Shown here in pieces: positions 1-13,370 of a stretch of DNA of 64,000 bases. Within the stretch, counting starts at the first letter, position 1; each line of letters opens with the position of its first letter. A program made the position numbers and the translations under genes. Source of the DNA: Spirogloea muscicola (taxonomy: Eukaryota); assembly GCA_009602725.1 (NCBI GenBank), contig WELB01000026.1, forward strand, positions 73,134 to 137,133, written 5' to 3'. The notes under the pieces were generated by a model, which was not told the DNA's origin, did not search any database, and worked only from the letters and a program-made list of their open reading frames with translations.

Positions 1-130
<130 letters not shown>

Positions 131-172
131 GGCCTGCACGGCCTGCCCTCCTCGCTGCGCGCGCTGGCCGCC

Positions 173-2003
173 ATGGGCGACCCGTCGGGCGGCCTGGGCG
201 CCACCCGCACGGCGTCGGCGGAGCGGCCCGCGGCGCCGGGCGAGCTCGAGGCGCACGGCATCACGCCGCAGCTCTGCGACTTTGTGCGCGGCCTCACCAT
301 CCAGACCTTCAAGCAGTTCCCCGACGCCGACCTCATGGGTACCCGCTCCCCTCGCGCCCCACCCCAATGCCCACCGCTGCGGCGTCTCCCCGGCCCATTG
401 ACGCGCTCCCCCTCTTCTCGGCGCCAGCAGCGACGCCGCACGGCGGCGGCTTTGGCGCGGAGTCGTCAAGCGCGCAGCCTTCGGATGCCAGGCATCAGAG
501 CGGCGAGCGAGGTGGGCGGGGTGCCCTGGACCTCACTCCCTGGCACGAGCGCCATGCGGTGCTGATGCTTCACGAGGTGGAGGTGCGTGGCTCTGGCCCC
601 AGTGCGACGGCGCTCGCAGCCCTGTGCCCCCGCTGCCAAGCGCACGGCACTGTGCAACAGGGCCTCCCAGCCGATGGTGCTCACGCGCCAGCTCACTGCC
701 ACCACCTCGCTCCCCCACACCTGGGCTACTGGATTGCAGCCAGGACAGCCGCCTCTCAGAACGGGTAGCCCCTTGTCTCTCATTCTCTCACTGGTCTGCA
801 TACGCCGTTCTGCTTGGCAGGAGATGGCGGACTTCCGTTATGTCCTGTGCCCGCGACGGATGACGGAGCACCGCTTCTGGCAGATCTACTTCACGCTTGT
901 CTGGTCCTTTATAGCCCCGTCAGCCTCCTACCCCTCCCACACCCTGCCTGCAGCCCTGGTCAATCAGACCCTCGACCAAGGACTCATGGCTGAAGGAGGC
1001 TGCTGACCAACTTGTGCAAAGGACTGTGCGAACAACCCATGCAAGCCTGGTCAGGCACATGCGTGCTTGTAACCCTTTGACTTGGCTTCTCAGCTGACCT
1101 GCCTTCACCCAGTCCCAGTCAACAGGAGCGTGACCAGTTGGAAATGCGACGTAGAATGCAGGCTGGTCCATGTTCATAAAAATCGGTCGATTGACAGGAG
1201 AAAGGCGAGACAACAGGGGCCACCAGGTTGGCTTGGTGCCATGACGTGCATGTGCAGCTGACACAGCACCTCTGGGCTTGTGCAGCAGCTACGAGCAGAG
1301 GGTGGTCACCAAGGCACAAGGAGCCATACCAGAGCATGTCATGCCGCAGCCTAAGCCTTCAGTCGAGGCTAGTGTCTCTACACCAGCAGCAGCTCCTACA
1401 GAAGCAGCTCAAGGTGTTGAAGAGGAGCTTAGTGCCAGAGCTCAGCAGGATGTCGATGGGGGTGCAGCAAATGATGGTACTCCGAGGAGCACTGATCAAG
1501 ATATCGATGCATACCTCTTGGGACTTGGTAGCGGTGATGAAGCTGCAGGTCAGTCTCAACGTTTCAGGGTTTTAGGGTTCGCACTGTGGGCAGATGTGAG
1601 ATGTAATTGTGAGCAGAGGAGCTGTACACGTATCTCATATTACAGCTTTCCACATCCTTGTGAGCAGACGGCAATGATGACGATGATGGATTTGATGCGG
1701 ACGCATTTGACCACTTCGTCAACAGTTCTGTGAGTCTAAACCACCACGTGTGTTTCATTGTAAGTGCACTGCCATATGGACTGCACATGCTTCCTACGTG
1801 GCAGTAAGAGTAATGAAAGCGCCACTTCTATGCAGTCAAATGACGATGACCGGGAGGGTAAGAGCCAATCTAGGAGATCACCCAATGGAAATAAGGAGTG
1901 GAAGGAGAACCACATGCTACAAGACAAGACTCCTGATACCGGTATGAATAAGGCGGACAACATTGATACCCCTGTCTTGTCTGAGGGAACCAGCAGTGTC
2001 TAA
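173..2003 (+). CDS. BSD domain-containing protein (multi-exon; 3' end uncertain, 1807 or 2003)
   Basis: Exons join via GT-AG: ...LCDFVRGLTIQTFKQFP; LDLTPWHERHAVLMLHEVE|EMADFRYVLCPRRMTEHRFWQIYFTL (BSD signature LCP.x.E..FW.IYF); acidic C-terminal exons at about 1280-1548 and 1668-1729. Confidence 0.85.
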
Positions 2004-2380
2004 GTCTAGCTGTAGCTAGCCTGTGTACAGAGTAAGAGTTCAGCTGAGTTGAGTGTCAAAGTAGAATGAGTGCAAGATGAGGTAATTAAGTATGTGCCGT
2101 GGCCACCCCGTCTGCCATGACATGCATGGCAGATCAGTGGTGCTCATTTGATGTGCCTGTGTTATTAAGCTGCGCCTATCCTGTGCCTACATAGCTGCAT
2201 TGTTTAGTAACGTGTTGCTGGGCAAAGCCCACCGCCTAGGCAGCAAGCAGTGGTCTTTTTTCTCTTGCAAGCATTAGTCTGTGTGAGTTGTCAAGGTCTG
2301 TGTACATAGTACTCCGGATAATCCAGCTAGTAGCAGCCGCAAACTGGGACTAAGAATGGGCCCTGAGCAATAGCCCTGGC

Positions 2381-4613
2381 TCAGGCAGCAACAATAGACA
2401 TGTTCTGCTGAAGGTCAACTAGGGTTGTATGTTCCAAGTCTGGGTACACAGCCACAGCAGATGAAAAGTCCTGCACGCAGTAGATGATGCCTCTTGAGCA
2501 GGTCAGGTATAATGTGCAGCGTAGCAGCTTCAGTCTGCATAAGCATCCGACACATGCGCACATACCCAACTCACTTGATTTTGTGTGCTGCCAGTGTAAG
2601 TGATGATGCACCTCATGCCTGCCCCATTAGCAGCCTGAGCGGTAACAAAGAACACCCACTCAGCAGCGCCCCCTGCTTTATCAAACAGCTGCATTCGCAC
2701 TAGGGCTGTTACAAGAAATTCGTGCAAGATGCAAGATGCAAGATGCCTAGCAGGCTGCTGGTGTATGGAAGCTCAGTCAACACAGCGGAGGCTCAATGTC
2801 AACATATACAGCCCAGTAACAATACCACAGTACGGCCCTTGAGGAGTAGAGCATAGTCGTACTTTGAATCAAGTAGAGCTGACCTGCAACCCTATGAGAC
2901 TGTCCTCCACAACAAGGCAATGATCCGGGTCTACTCGCAGTCTCTGCAGGTACGCGAGAGGCATAGCATTGGACATGCATCGGTTATGCCCACGTTAGGA
3001 TCATCACATGCAATTTGTCAGTAGTAGTGCCAGTGTGGCACTGCACAGCACAGTCAGCAGGCAAAGCAGTTTGCATGCGGACCTCGGCAGCAGTCCTGTA
3101 AATTGTTGGGTCAGGTTTCTTCTTATCCACATCGTCTCCTGAACCAGCAAACATCTTCCCCCAAACTCAATTGACCATGTCAGGACAGCTTCACCGCAGC
3201 TTTCCACCCAAGCACACTCCGCATGCAACTTCACACCATTTCAAGGCCATGATTCGCAAAGTTCATCCTCGTGGAGCTCCCGTACATACCAGCAAGGAAG
3301 CAGTCTAGTAGCTGAAAGCGATCCTGCACATCGTTCAAACCCTCTGCTTAGACACTCAAACTGTTGCATTGGATTCCTAGCCACCACACAAAGTAGTTCA
3401 CGAATATCTCTGCATGCACAACCACTCAAACTTGTTACCGAATATCGACTGCATGCACAACCACTGTTTCCACTCAGAGATCAGGAGAGAGAGGTGGCAG
3501 TGTCTTTACCTACCTGACCGAGCAGAGTTTCAAGGCAGAAGATAACAGATGATTTTGTGGCTGCAGAACACACAGCCACCTTCAATCCCTGCTTGAGAGA
3601 AGTTTGTGGGGCAATCAGAGATGACGAACTCTGGCAGTCTGAGCACTACAGCAAGCCACGTGCTTGTGTTTGCTAGAGACGTTGTTAACTCAGCAGGCAA
3701 GGGCAGTGGTCAGAGGTGACAACCCTGCTGCGTGCCTCGTCCATCATGCTGACAACGCCAGGCCTTGGTTGAACCTGCAGATGCCAACCTCCTCCTGAGT
3801 CATTGCGCAAGATGGTACATCTCATGCACGACAGTACGAACTACCCTGCTTACAAACACGCTGAGCGACCAGGGAAACTCCTACATTGGTGCGGACGGTC
3901 ATGTCTCACCCCTCCTGATGCAATGATCTCCTGATACCTGGTGGTCTTCCAGTCCTGCAAAGTCATCAGGCACAAACAGGCAGAAGGCTAGTGCAAAAGC
4001 TTCAGGGACCATAAAAAGCTCCAATCCCCAAGCTCCACAGAGGCATACGTTCGAACGAGTGCATGCAGTCCAGCCAGGACAACCCTCAGGCGCATATCCA
4101 CCACAGCATATCCACCACAGCAGCTCAGCTTCCGACTGCAATGGTCTGACAGTACGGAGATGCTAAGGAACCTGCAGCGTATCAATCAGTTTCGTCTTCT
4201 CCTCGTCAGATTGAGGACCAGAGGGGAATATGGTTGAGGTTGGCCAGCCATTCTCCCCAAAGAACCTGCAGTTCCTCCGCAGCACCTCTCAGCAGTAACA
4301 CAATGGAGCCATGGACGAGTGTTCCTTCTGCGGAGTCAGAGGGGGGCGGCAGCTTGCCGTCTGCGCTTGCAGCCGTCGACGTTGGCCCCAGGTCAGCAGA
4401 CTATCGGCAGACCGTCTATGCAGCACTATCTCTCAGGGCCAGCCTGCCGCCATGTTGCATGTTGTCAATTGAGCGCATAGCCGAGGGCACACGCACACGA
4501 GAGGAAGGAGCGGCAAAAACTACCAGCGCATTTTGGGCTTGCCGCCACCAATCTTGTTCTGCAGGTCCTCGTAGAACTCCGTTGTCCAGTCCACAGGTAG
4601 GGAGCCAGGGCAC
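2381..4613 (-). CDS. HAD-superfamily hydrolase, CbbY-like (resembles Arabidopsis At4g39970); N-terminal exons missing at gap
   Basis: GT-AG exons give WTTEFYEDLQNKIGGGKPKMRW, FFGENGWPTSTIF...KLIDTLQ, DWKTTRYQEII, VQPRPGVVSMMDEA, GLKVAVCSAATKSSV, DCFLAGDDVDKKKPDPTIY, CLVVEDSLIGLQ, CIITYTGSTQNQ, DFSSAVAVYPDL...IVAA*. The DxD motif exon was not found. Confidence 0.88.
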
Positions 4614-4693
4614 CTGACATCAAACTGCAAGCCGTTGCTGGCGTGAGTACGGCCCTCTGCAGGGCAGGAAGCAGCCAGCGGCCGGGCACAGCA

Positions 4694-4711
4694 GGGGGGG
4701 GGGGGGGGGGN
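4694..4711. other. Scaffold gap/join (poly-G plus N)
   Basis: G run followed by N; the HAD gene is truncated here. Confidence 0.8.
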
Positions 4712-7270
4712 GTTGTGTGCGTAGTGCTTTACTGTGTTGGGGGTCGTTTTCTAAATTCCCAATGACCAGATCCATGAGGACGTTATCAGTCTTACCTCTT
4801 TAATTAGTGGTGAACTGTCACAGGGGCGGATTGCTGATTCTCTTCGACGGTATTATTACGGTAAGAAGCAACTTGGGCTGGGAAAGCCTTCTTGTGAAAT
4901 GTGCTAGTTTGAACAAGCGGGGAGGGGGAATCTCGGAGTGGGAATCAAACTTTGAAAGCACAATGCGCTCAACCAACCAACCTTTTGGACTACATCTACA
5001 CAACGCTGAGCTGCCATTCTACGTGACAGCAGGCCAGAGCGACCAAGGACAGATCTGCGGATCAAAGTCGGGTCAGTAGCCGTCGGTCAGCACGTGAAAG
5101 ATTCTACATAACATCGTACATGGACCGGCGGATTCCAAGCCTTCCTGCCAAAAACTAAAGGTAGCCAAGCTTTCTGGAGCAAAGCAAGGGCCTAAGCTCG
5201 CGGCAGACAGTGTAAGAGAGGCTTGCGAACATCCAAGCCCAGGCGCGCAGGCAAGCAAGAAATATCTGGAAGGCAATGGGATGTGGCTGCAACGAACACA
5301 GCTATAAAGCTGAAGGGCTAGGTCCAGATAACAGGAGTTTCTCCCAATAGGAGGCGATGTCTGTTAAAGGCCAGCCCATAAACGAATGGACAAGGTCTAA
5401 AGAGGCCGGAGAGTGGAAAATTAGTGCTAAACCAATGCCCACGCGAGTGGCTGTGACTTTTGTCCTCAGTCAGTCCTAGTCACAAGTCGCAAGTCAGAGT
5501 AGCTTGCAGCCGGGAAATTGTCAACGTGGCTGCTTCTGAGAAGAAATCAGTTGCAGCCAAAGCACGGCCTGCCCGCAAGTTCCACCGGAAAGCCTGAAAA
5601 CGCTGAAGCGAGACTGATAGCACCTAAGAGCGACCCAGCGCACAGTGGCCGGGCTGTTTCACCTTGCGGGCCTTGGCCTTGGTGGGTTGCACGCCTCACA
5701 AGCTGCCGAAGAAGGTCACGTCCTTGGGTACAGTAGGCACAAATCCTTTAAACACCTAGACTTGGCTAGCTTCGTGACAGTAGCAAAGATAACGAGTTTA
5801 TGAGTTGAATTTGCGTACATTCACTTTGAAGATGACCACACATGGCAATGCACTGGGTTTGCAAGGCTCAATCCTACGGAGAACCAAAAGACTATCAAGG
5901 CATGTTGTACTGGCACTCTTCCAGGTTCTTCTCAAAGGGAAATGCCCCGCTGGCGGTTGGGGCTCGACCTCCACCAGCAGCTTGCACTACAAGCAGTGGC
6001 CCAGCGGCAGGATCAGCGGGGTGAGCTGCCACAAACAGGGCTGCGGGCTTGCTGGCTCAGTTGTGTCCTATGGCAGGCCCCTCCGTCTTGCTCTAGCGAT
6101 CCCATTGCATCTACGTGCTAGCATGCCTTGGCTACCGCCTCTGGGTACCGACGAGGCTACTCTTTTTCTGCGAGCTCCTGGTCTGGACATTCATTGGTTG
6201 ACAAGGGGTGCTGTGCGCCATCTTTAGTAATACTTGCTATTGCTGAGTGTTTTGGGGCTTCTCCAAGATCCCTGTCCAGCCTTTTGTGCTAGCCTTTCAC
6301 AGCAAACCTTGTCTTTGCAAGGCTCTTTCCTTCACAAGTCATGACGAACAAGCAAGGAGAGTAAGGCTCCATTGTTGAGTCTTCTCTCTTTGTCATGCGC
6401 ACCAAAGGCCTCAGTGATCTCGATGCTTACCGACTTCAGGTCGTCGTTAAGCTTTTGATGGAAACGACATATTTAAGCGGCTCATATGCAAGGAGGGTGT
6501 CATTGCCAATTGGATATTAAATCTCGTGAGGCTTTTACACGTCTCATTTCCTGGCACTTCGTTTCGGTCTACCAGACGCTTATGAGCAACACAAGAAGAT
6601 GCATAACACCAACTCTATCACAGACACCTTTTGTTGCCTCGCGTCAATCTCCTTACTCTTGCCAAAAGCCGCTTGGAAAACACTTACTCGAGAACAGTTT
6701 TTGATGATTGTGTACAAGAAGATGGTTGGTCCCTTCCGTTGCACATGACTTCATTGCCGAATCCGAAGTACGGGAGGGGCTTGTCTCTCTGTACCTCGAT
6801 GAATCATATCCAATATGGGATTTTGCACGTCAACTACCTCTCTATTCAATTCTAGCACTAAGGGTAAAACTCCATGGGCAGCCACATGGCCAAAAAACAG
6901 AAGTGGCATTTTTTACCTGTTTTGTCTTAGCCATTGTGTTGAACATTTATACGGCTTACGACCGGACGTGAATGGAAGACCTTTTCCTTATCAAAGGAGT
7001 ACTTCTGCCAACTGAGCTACGTTGGCCCAAAACGGAGGACATCAAGATTCAAGCGACTGCACTGCACTGCACTGCAGAGCAGAAGCAGGGAGATTCTCTG
7101 TCTTAGTCGTTATCTCTCTATTTTGCTATCTCGCTATCTCGCTATGTCGCTATGTCGAGGCGAGAGGACCTAAAAGATCAAATTAACGAGATGAAATATA
7201 TACCTGTAATTTCATACGTCAAAAGCATGTGCTTTATTAATTGAACTACGCCCCCGCGTGGAGGAGATCA

Positions 7271-9877
7271 ATGTCTGGACGAACGACTACAGCAATAGCC
7301 GCCGAGCCCGACCTGCCTCGCCCCCCCGGCGCCCGGCGCTGCCGCTGCGGCTTCGCCACCGCCGCGCGCTTCGCCCGCCGCGATGCCGACCTCCTCACGC
7401 GGTCCGCGCGCCCCCGCGCCTGCCCGCCTCCGCCGCACGGCCCTGCTCCGCTGCCCGCGCGCTGGCCCCTGAGCTCCGCTCTTCTGCGCCTGCACTGGCA
7501 GGGGCATCTTGCACCTCGATGACCGAGCGCGGCGGGACGTGGCCTTCATCGGCTCGCACTTCCAGGGCCTCGACGGTACGGCCTGCCACGACCTGGCCTC
7601 CGACAGGCCGCACTGCATGCGGTCGGTCCATCTGCAGTTGCACACTTCCCTGCACGTCCTGCTGCCCTGCCACTCCGCCTCTCCCGTCCTCCTCCGTCCA
7701 CGCACGCCGCCTGCTGCCTTGCTGCCACCTGTCCTGGGCTGACACAGACTGCCTGAGCTGCTCGCAACAGCCAGGGCTCGCAGTGATACAGAGAGGCTGG
7801 ATGTAGATGCTCGGCACCAGGTGCAGCGTTGGCGACGGATTGCCTTGGTGAGCTCCGACGCCTGCTGCCCGTTTACATCCTCATATTCTGGTCCCCCACT
7901 TCTCACCGCCAGCATCAGAGAGTGCAATCCTATAGCATATTGTGAGTCATGGGCACACCCGAGAAAGCCCCCACATGAATGCACGTGCTCTTGCCCGAGA
8001 CAAGTCCATGCCAACTACTTCCAGCGGGGGCCTAGTCGAACCCCAGTGGTGATATAGCCTCCGACTTCTCCTGAACACGTGGCACGAATGGACATGTCGT
8101 GTGCAAAGACAACCCTCCGTTGTGTCATGCAGTGCATGGGGATTGACCTGCTCATCTTCCTCGATCTTACAAAAGTTTGCATCTGCAGGCAGATCTGCGG
8201 TTGGCTGACATGCGTGCTCGAAGAAGAGCTATGGAAGATTCCTACCTTGCACTTCAGGTTTGTAGCTCTTCAGCATGAGAAGTGACATGGTTAGCCATTG
8301 AAGTTGCAAGAGGATTGGATGCTTCAAGCGAGGATATCCATGGAAAGCTTCCAAATAGAATAGATTGCTTGAGAATGTGAATACGGATGAGCTTCTGCAT
8401 TTAGATGCCCAGTAGTGCTGTCAACGCAAGTAGATGGAGAAAGGCTGACCATGTGCTTCTTGTTGTGCAACAGGCAGCGAAAAGTGTGCATGCTGCAATG
8501 GTTGGTGTGCTACAACTGAGGTAACAAGCTGGTGCTGCCTGCTGTCAAGAGTCTCGCAGACTACCTTCTATTGATCCTGGACCTTATGCACCCAATTCCA
8601 TTGATTTGCAATATGAAGCCCTGAGAATGCATTGTTCTTCTTTTCTTCTGGTTTTCCACCAAAAGATTGCAACGATTGGCGTCTGACATCGATAGAGGGA
8701 CTGCACAAGCGGATGCAAACTCTGCACAACCTTTGGATATTGCCAGCATGCATGCTCTTCGACATTGGTCAAAGTCTGTTGAACGTTTATCAGCTCTAGA
8801 GGTATGCATTGCTGGACAAATGTATGCTTGTCAATGTGGTGCTCTGACATTCCGAGTGGAGTGTACAACCAGCACAATCTTACGAAAGCTGTCATAGCCT
8901 GTGCAGCCATCTCGACTAGTTTACATGTGAGTCGCGTTTTTAGCAAGTACCTGCACCTTCTACGGGTCGTGTGATCGGTGACTTGTGAGTTGCTCATGAA
9001 TATATTTGGTCTTTCTTCGCATCCATACGCAGGAGGCATACTGGAGTATAGGAGCCACAACTGCTGAAGCCAAGGATGTGGGTGCAACAGATGCAGATGA
9101 GGTAGACTACTGGAATTTGGTCACTCCACCGTACTTCTGCCACGTCTACGAGAATGTGAAGGTCTTTCTCTCGAAGACTCGTATTTATGTACCCTTCTAT
9201 ACACAGGCTTGTAAGCTAATATGCTTAGTGGCTTCTCATGCACACCTCTTGGGTGGCCGTGCAGTTAGAACTTATTGTGGCGGCACTTTTAGACATGGAT
9301 GAAGTTGATGGTGCGCATGGGGCTCTCTTGGTTTCTGAGAGCGCCAAGTCCCCAGATCTTGCTACCAGGTATGTGGCAGCAAAGCCTGCATTGGTGGGTG
9401 AGAATATGTCAGATTAACAAGAACGAGCTGAGTATGTTGTGCACTTTGCAACGAACACCTACCTTGCCAACGTTCTTCCAAGGAAGATGTGGGCATTGAC
9501 ATCTCAATAATATTATGTTTGTGCTTTGGACTTCAAGGCGAGCTTTGGCGGAAGCACTTGCAGCTGCTCCATCCGTCTGGGCCCTTGGAAGTGCAGGCAT
9601 GACAGCCCTTCAGGTCCTTGTGTACATATCCATACCTTCTTACATGTTTCATTCGTATTTTGGGCGAAAATGTGATTTGACTTGAGTACCATGTCCCTTA
9701 TGATGACAGAGATTGTCTGATGACGACGATGAGGCAGTTGCGAAAGCAGCCACAGAAGCACTTAAGGAGTTGCGAGCTCAATGGTGGCAGTTAGACACCA
9801 TTGGTGGTCCAACTTCCAACCCTCGAATGACGTCACTTGATGATGACGAAGCCAATGGCGATCTTTGGGATCTATAG
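7271..9877 (+). CDS. Senescence-associated protein AAF/OSA15-like (multi-exon; start uncertain)
   Basis: Spliced peptides FARRDADLLTR|GILHLDDRARRDVAFIGSHFQGLD, ADLRLADMRARRRAMEDSYLALQ, ERLSALE|EAYWSIG, SPDLATR|RALAEALAAAPSVWALGSAGMTALQ|RLSDDDDEAVAKAATEALKELRAQW match recalled plant AAF motifs (RLDARARQDVA, ADLRRADFRAKQRAMED, ALAAAPSMWTLGNAGMGALQRL); stop TAG 9875-9877. Confidence 0.8.
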
Positions 9878-11410
9878 TACTCACAATTACGATTCAGTAG
9901 TGTACACTTAGTAGTTCCCGTGTAAATATGGATAGTACTCGATGCCCAGGTAGACGAGTACTACTGGATGTTGGTGGTTGCATACTGAGTATAGAGTGAT
10001 GGTTTGTAGAAGACAATCTTCAATAGTCGCAGTTCAGTTCCGAAAGCTACAAGTAGTCGGTGGTAAGATGTGCTTCCACTGTGTTGACCCGCTCTGAAAC
10101 ACTCGCGCGCTGGTACAGTGCGGGGCCCGGTGTCCAAGGGTTAGCCACTTGACAGACTGGCTCGCCATTGAACCGACAGCAGTCATTCCATTGTAGTCGG
10201 TTCTTGACAATCCTAGGTTCATGAGCTGGCCTTCTCGGAATTTGCTGGTGCATAGACTCCTGTAGTTACAGGAGCCTATCCTGTAGTTACAGGAGTCTAT
10301 GGCAAAGTAGCAACCAACCACCCCCCCCATTCCCTTCCCATCCCCTCCCTCTCTTGACCCCAGCTTCCAATTAGCATTAATCGGCTAAAGTGATTGAATT
10401 TTGGACATTGAGGCCACTGCGATCCTCGGTCTGCCTATGCGGCTCCATTACAAGGATTGTCCAAACAAGCAGAACAATCTGTTTATTACATTCTTTACTA
10501 GCCCTGTATAGGTGATCTTGCAGATTGTACACTTGTAAGGGTCAGAAGAACTTTCCATGGTATGACATCTAAAGGAGCTTGCTCTTCTCCATGGCCTCCA
10601 AGGCTTCCAAGCTTTCCGTATGAACGTGCTGGATTCCTTCTTGAAGATCGAGATTAAGAGATTCTATGCACTGTGCAATCTAGAGTGCATTGACTGGGGC
10701 CATTTCAAGGCATCTCTCCCCTGCATCACGGGCACATGCAGGATCAAGGGTCCCATCATCATTCAATACTTCATTAATCTTCACTGCTGAAGCTGGTCAT
10801 ATTGGGCTCCTTATCCTCGTTGCACCTTTTGGTGGAAAATTGTAAGTCACAAGGATGTAGAGTAAGCAGTTGCGCATGGAATGCCTTGATGCGCTGACCA
10901 TTGGTGCCTGAGTGTTGCAGTTGTATTCGAGAGCATTAGACTGTCAAGGTACATTTGCAGAGCATAAGACTGTCAAGGTACATTTGCGATGTCTTTGGTT
11001 CGAGAGGGGAAGGGGTGACAGTTCGGCGATGTATTTGAAAGTCCTGTAGGGCTTTCTGGACTCAGTTGCCCGTATTGGGTCGGGAAGTTCCCTAGCGCCC
11101 TCGTTTGGTTGCTCAAATCGGGAATATCCTTATCACGTCGTTTACGTGCCCGTGAGCCGAACAGGACTTCAGACCGGGCGGCCGTGAAGGCTGACGAGAT
11201 CGAATGAGCATTCTTAGCTTCTGACTAGATTCGAGCAAGCACCGCAATGAACCCACCTTGGCGCAGTCCTTGACAGGAGCATCTCGGTGAAGGATGAAAG
11301 TGGTAATGACGTAGTACCAGTGACAATAGGGAGACTAGTATCCTGCTCTTTGAGCCATCCGGCCCTCAGACCGTGTCCATTGCTTTGGGCTGGCCGTTCC
11401 CAGCCATTGC

Positions 11411-12784
11411 TGTAAAGAACTGCCCCTACACACGCAAATCGGGAGAAGTCGTCCTTCTGAGGCTCGGCTGTAGGGGGTTCAGAAGCTAACCCTCTACACG
11501 GCGAAGCACTAGCGCAGAGCCGCAGCCGAAGACAGGCCCTGTGACGTTTTGATCCCTTCACGCACACTTAAGAGTTAGGACGTCCTTATTGGTTTCGGCC
11601 GCTGGGGCTTAAGAGACAAACCCCCACCATACAGTGAAGCACCACGTATACCACGCATCGGAATACCTTGGCCTGAGGCGCCGCCGAGAGGCGGCGACTC
11701 ACCTCTCAGGCACGGACCAGCAACTGTCCCCAAAGGGAGCAGCCACAGTTCACTCACAGAAGAGCCGATGAAGATCCGCAGCGACGGGTTGCGGCGTCAG
11801 GCTGCGGCAGCAGGCAGCAGCAGGGCTGCATCGGCGAGCTGCGGCAGCAGGCGGCAGCAGAGGGCTGCGCGCCTCTCTCTGGCGTGGGCTTCGCTGACTT
11901 CGACCGGGTGCCCCGAGTCTAGTCTCAGCCCCACTTATAGTGAGTGCTTCATGTGCCACCCTCCCCAGGGGTCTCTGGGAGGCTCGTCTCAAGGCCCACC
12001 TCGAGAAGGCGGGCCCGACAAGGGGATACTAGTGCGAGGGCAGGCCACGCGGCTCCCTTCTGGAAGCGGCGGCCGTCCTGCGGCGGGCCCAGCGGTACCG
12101 CCCTGCAGCGCCGCCTCGCGGCGCCGCTCTGCGCGGCATAGGCCCGGAGGCGCGCCACACATGTCCCGGCGGGCGGTTCGAGAACCCGCCTCATCTAGAG
12201 GCGGCGCGCCAGCACGTCACATCACCAGCAGGCGTGTTATACCGCGCGTCACCTCGCGCGTCGCGCGTGCATCGCACGCGCGTCGCACGCGTCAGTCGCC
12301 TGCGCGTCAGAGGTCACACGTTAGCGCTTAACTCGAATTAAGCGGCCCGTAACGGCGGGGACGTTACAGGTCCTGTGGCGCCGTTAGGCGGCGACTCCAC
12401 CTCCTGGGCGCAAGCTAGCAGCTGTTCCCAAGGGGCGCAGCCACGGACTCCCTGCAGCAGGCCCGCAGCAGGCTGCGGCGGCGGCTGCAGTGGCAGGCTG
12501 CAGCAAGGGCTCCTGGGCTTCACCGGTCCGAAGTGCTATCGGGTCTCGGCCCAGGGCCAGTAGTGCTTCCCTCGTGCCGAACTCCCTCCTGGGGTGTGAG
12601 CGGGTCGCCCCATGGCCTGCCCTTGCGGCGTGCCAAAGGTCCCCCCCCCTTTGGCAGAGTGGGACCTGACGAGGGTACTCCTAGGACGGGCGGGACTCGG
12701 CCGCCCGCACCTGGGCGGGCCACTTGCCCGTCAAGCCGCCCGGCACAGCACCGTTTGGCATAAGCAGATGGTGAAATTGTTACA
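11411..12784 (-). mobile_element. Solo LTR, family B, interrupted by a family A solo LTR
   Basis: TGTA...TTACA termini; homologous to 16109-16716 and 41488-42028; flanks ATTGC/ATTTC (imperfect 5-bp TSD). Confidence 0.75.
11540..12368 (-). mobile_element. Solo LTR, family A, nested in LTR B
   Basis: TGTGACG...CGTTACA termini; TSD GGCCC/GGTCC; homologous to 23011-23862. Confidence 0.8.
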
Positions 12785-13019
12785 ATTTCCGTAAATTGGA
12801 ACAGCTATTCACAGGGACCAGATGAGCAACAACGGAAGCAAGCCGCGGCTGCAGCAGCAGCAGGCGGCTGCAGGGCTGCCGCTCTCTCAGAGCTTCAGTG
12901 ATTCAATCTTCAACCTTCAATCAGGTACTGCTCTTGTGCTCATTTCTGCCGCTCTATAACGAGTCACCCCCACACAATCAGGGCTTCCAGTGTTCTGGTC
13001 GGGCTTAGGCATTAGGTTT

Positions 13020-13370
13020 TGGGTTTTAAGAGCGTACCTCCTACACAAGTGGAGCACAGCAACACGCAACAGCAATCCTTGCCCTGCGGCGCCTCCACAG
13101 GTGGCGACTCACCTCTCAAATACAAGCCAGCGACTATTTTCCCAAGGAGAGCAGCCACAGACTACTTCCAGGTGGTCGGCGATGACATGCTGTGACGGGC
13201 TGCGGCAACGGGCTGCAGCAGCGGCAGCAGGGCTGCAACTACATGCTGCGGCAGCGGGGGGCAGCAAGGCTGTGCCTCTCTCTGTGAGCCTCACTGATCG
13301 GGCCGTATTAATCCTGAGTATGGTCTCAGCCACTTCTTGAATACCTCCACTTGCCACGCTCCCCCAAAGG
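13020..13370 (-). repeat. Degenerate family-A-like LTR fragment
   Basis: Shares GGCGACTCACCTCTCA...GAGCAGCCACAG and GCAGCAGGGCTGC blocks with LTR A. Confidence 0.5.

Noticed and set aside
10930..10988. 29-bp tandem duplication and nearby short repeats
   Set aside because: Two copies only, with no associated structure.
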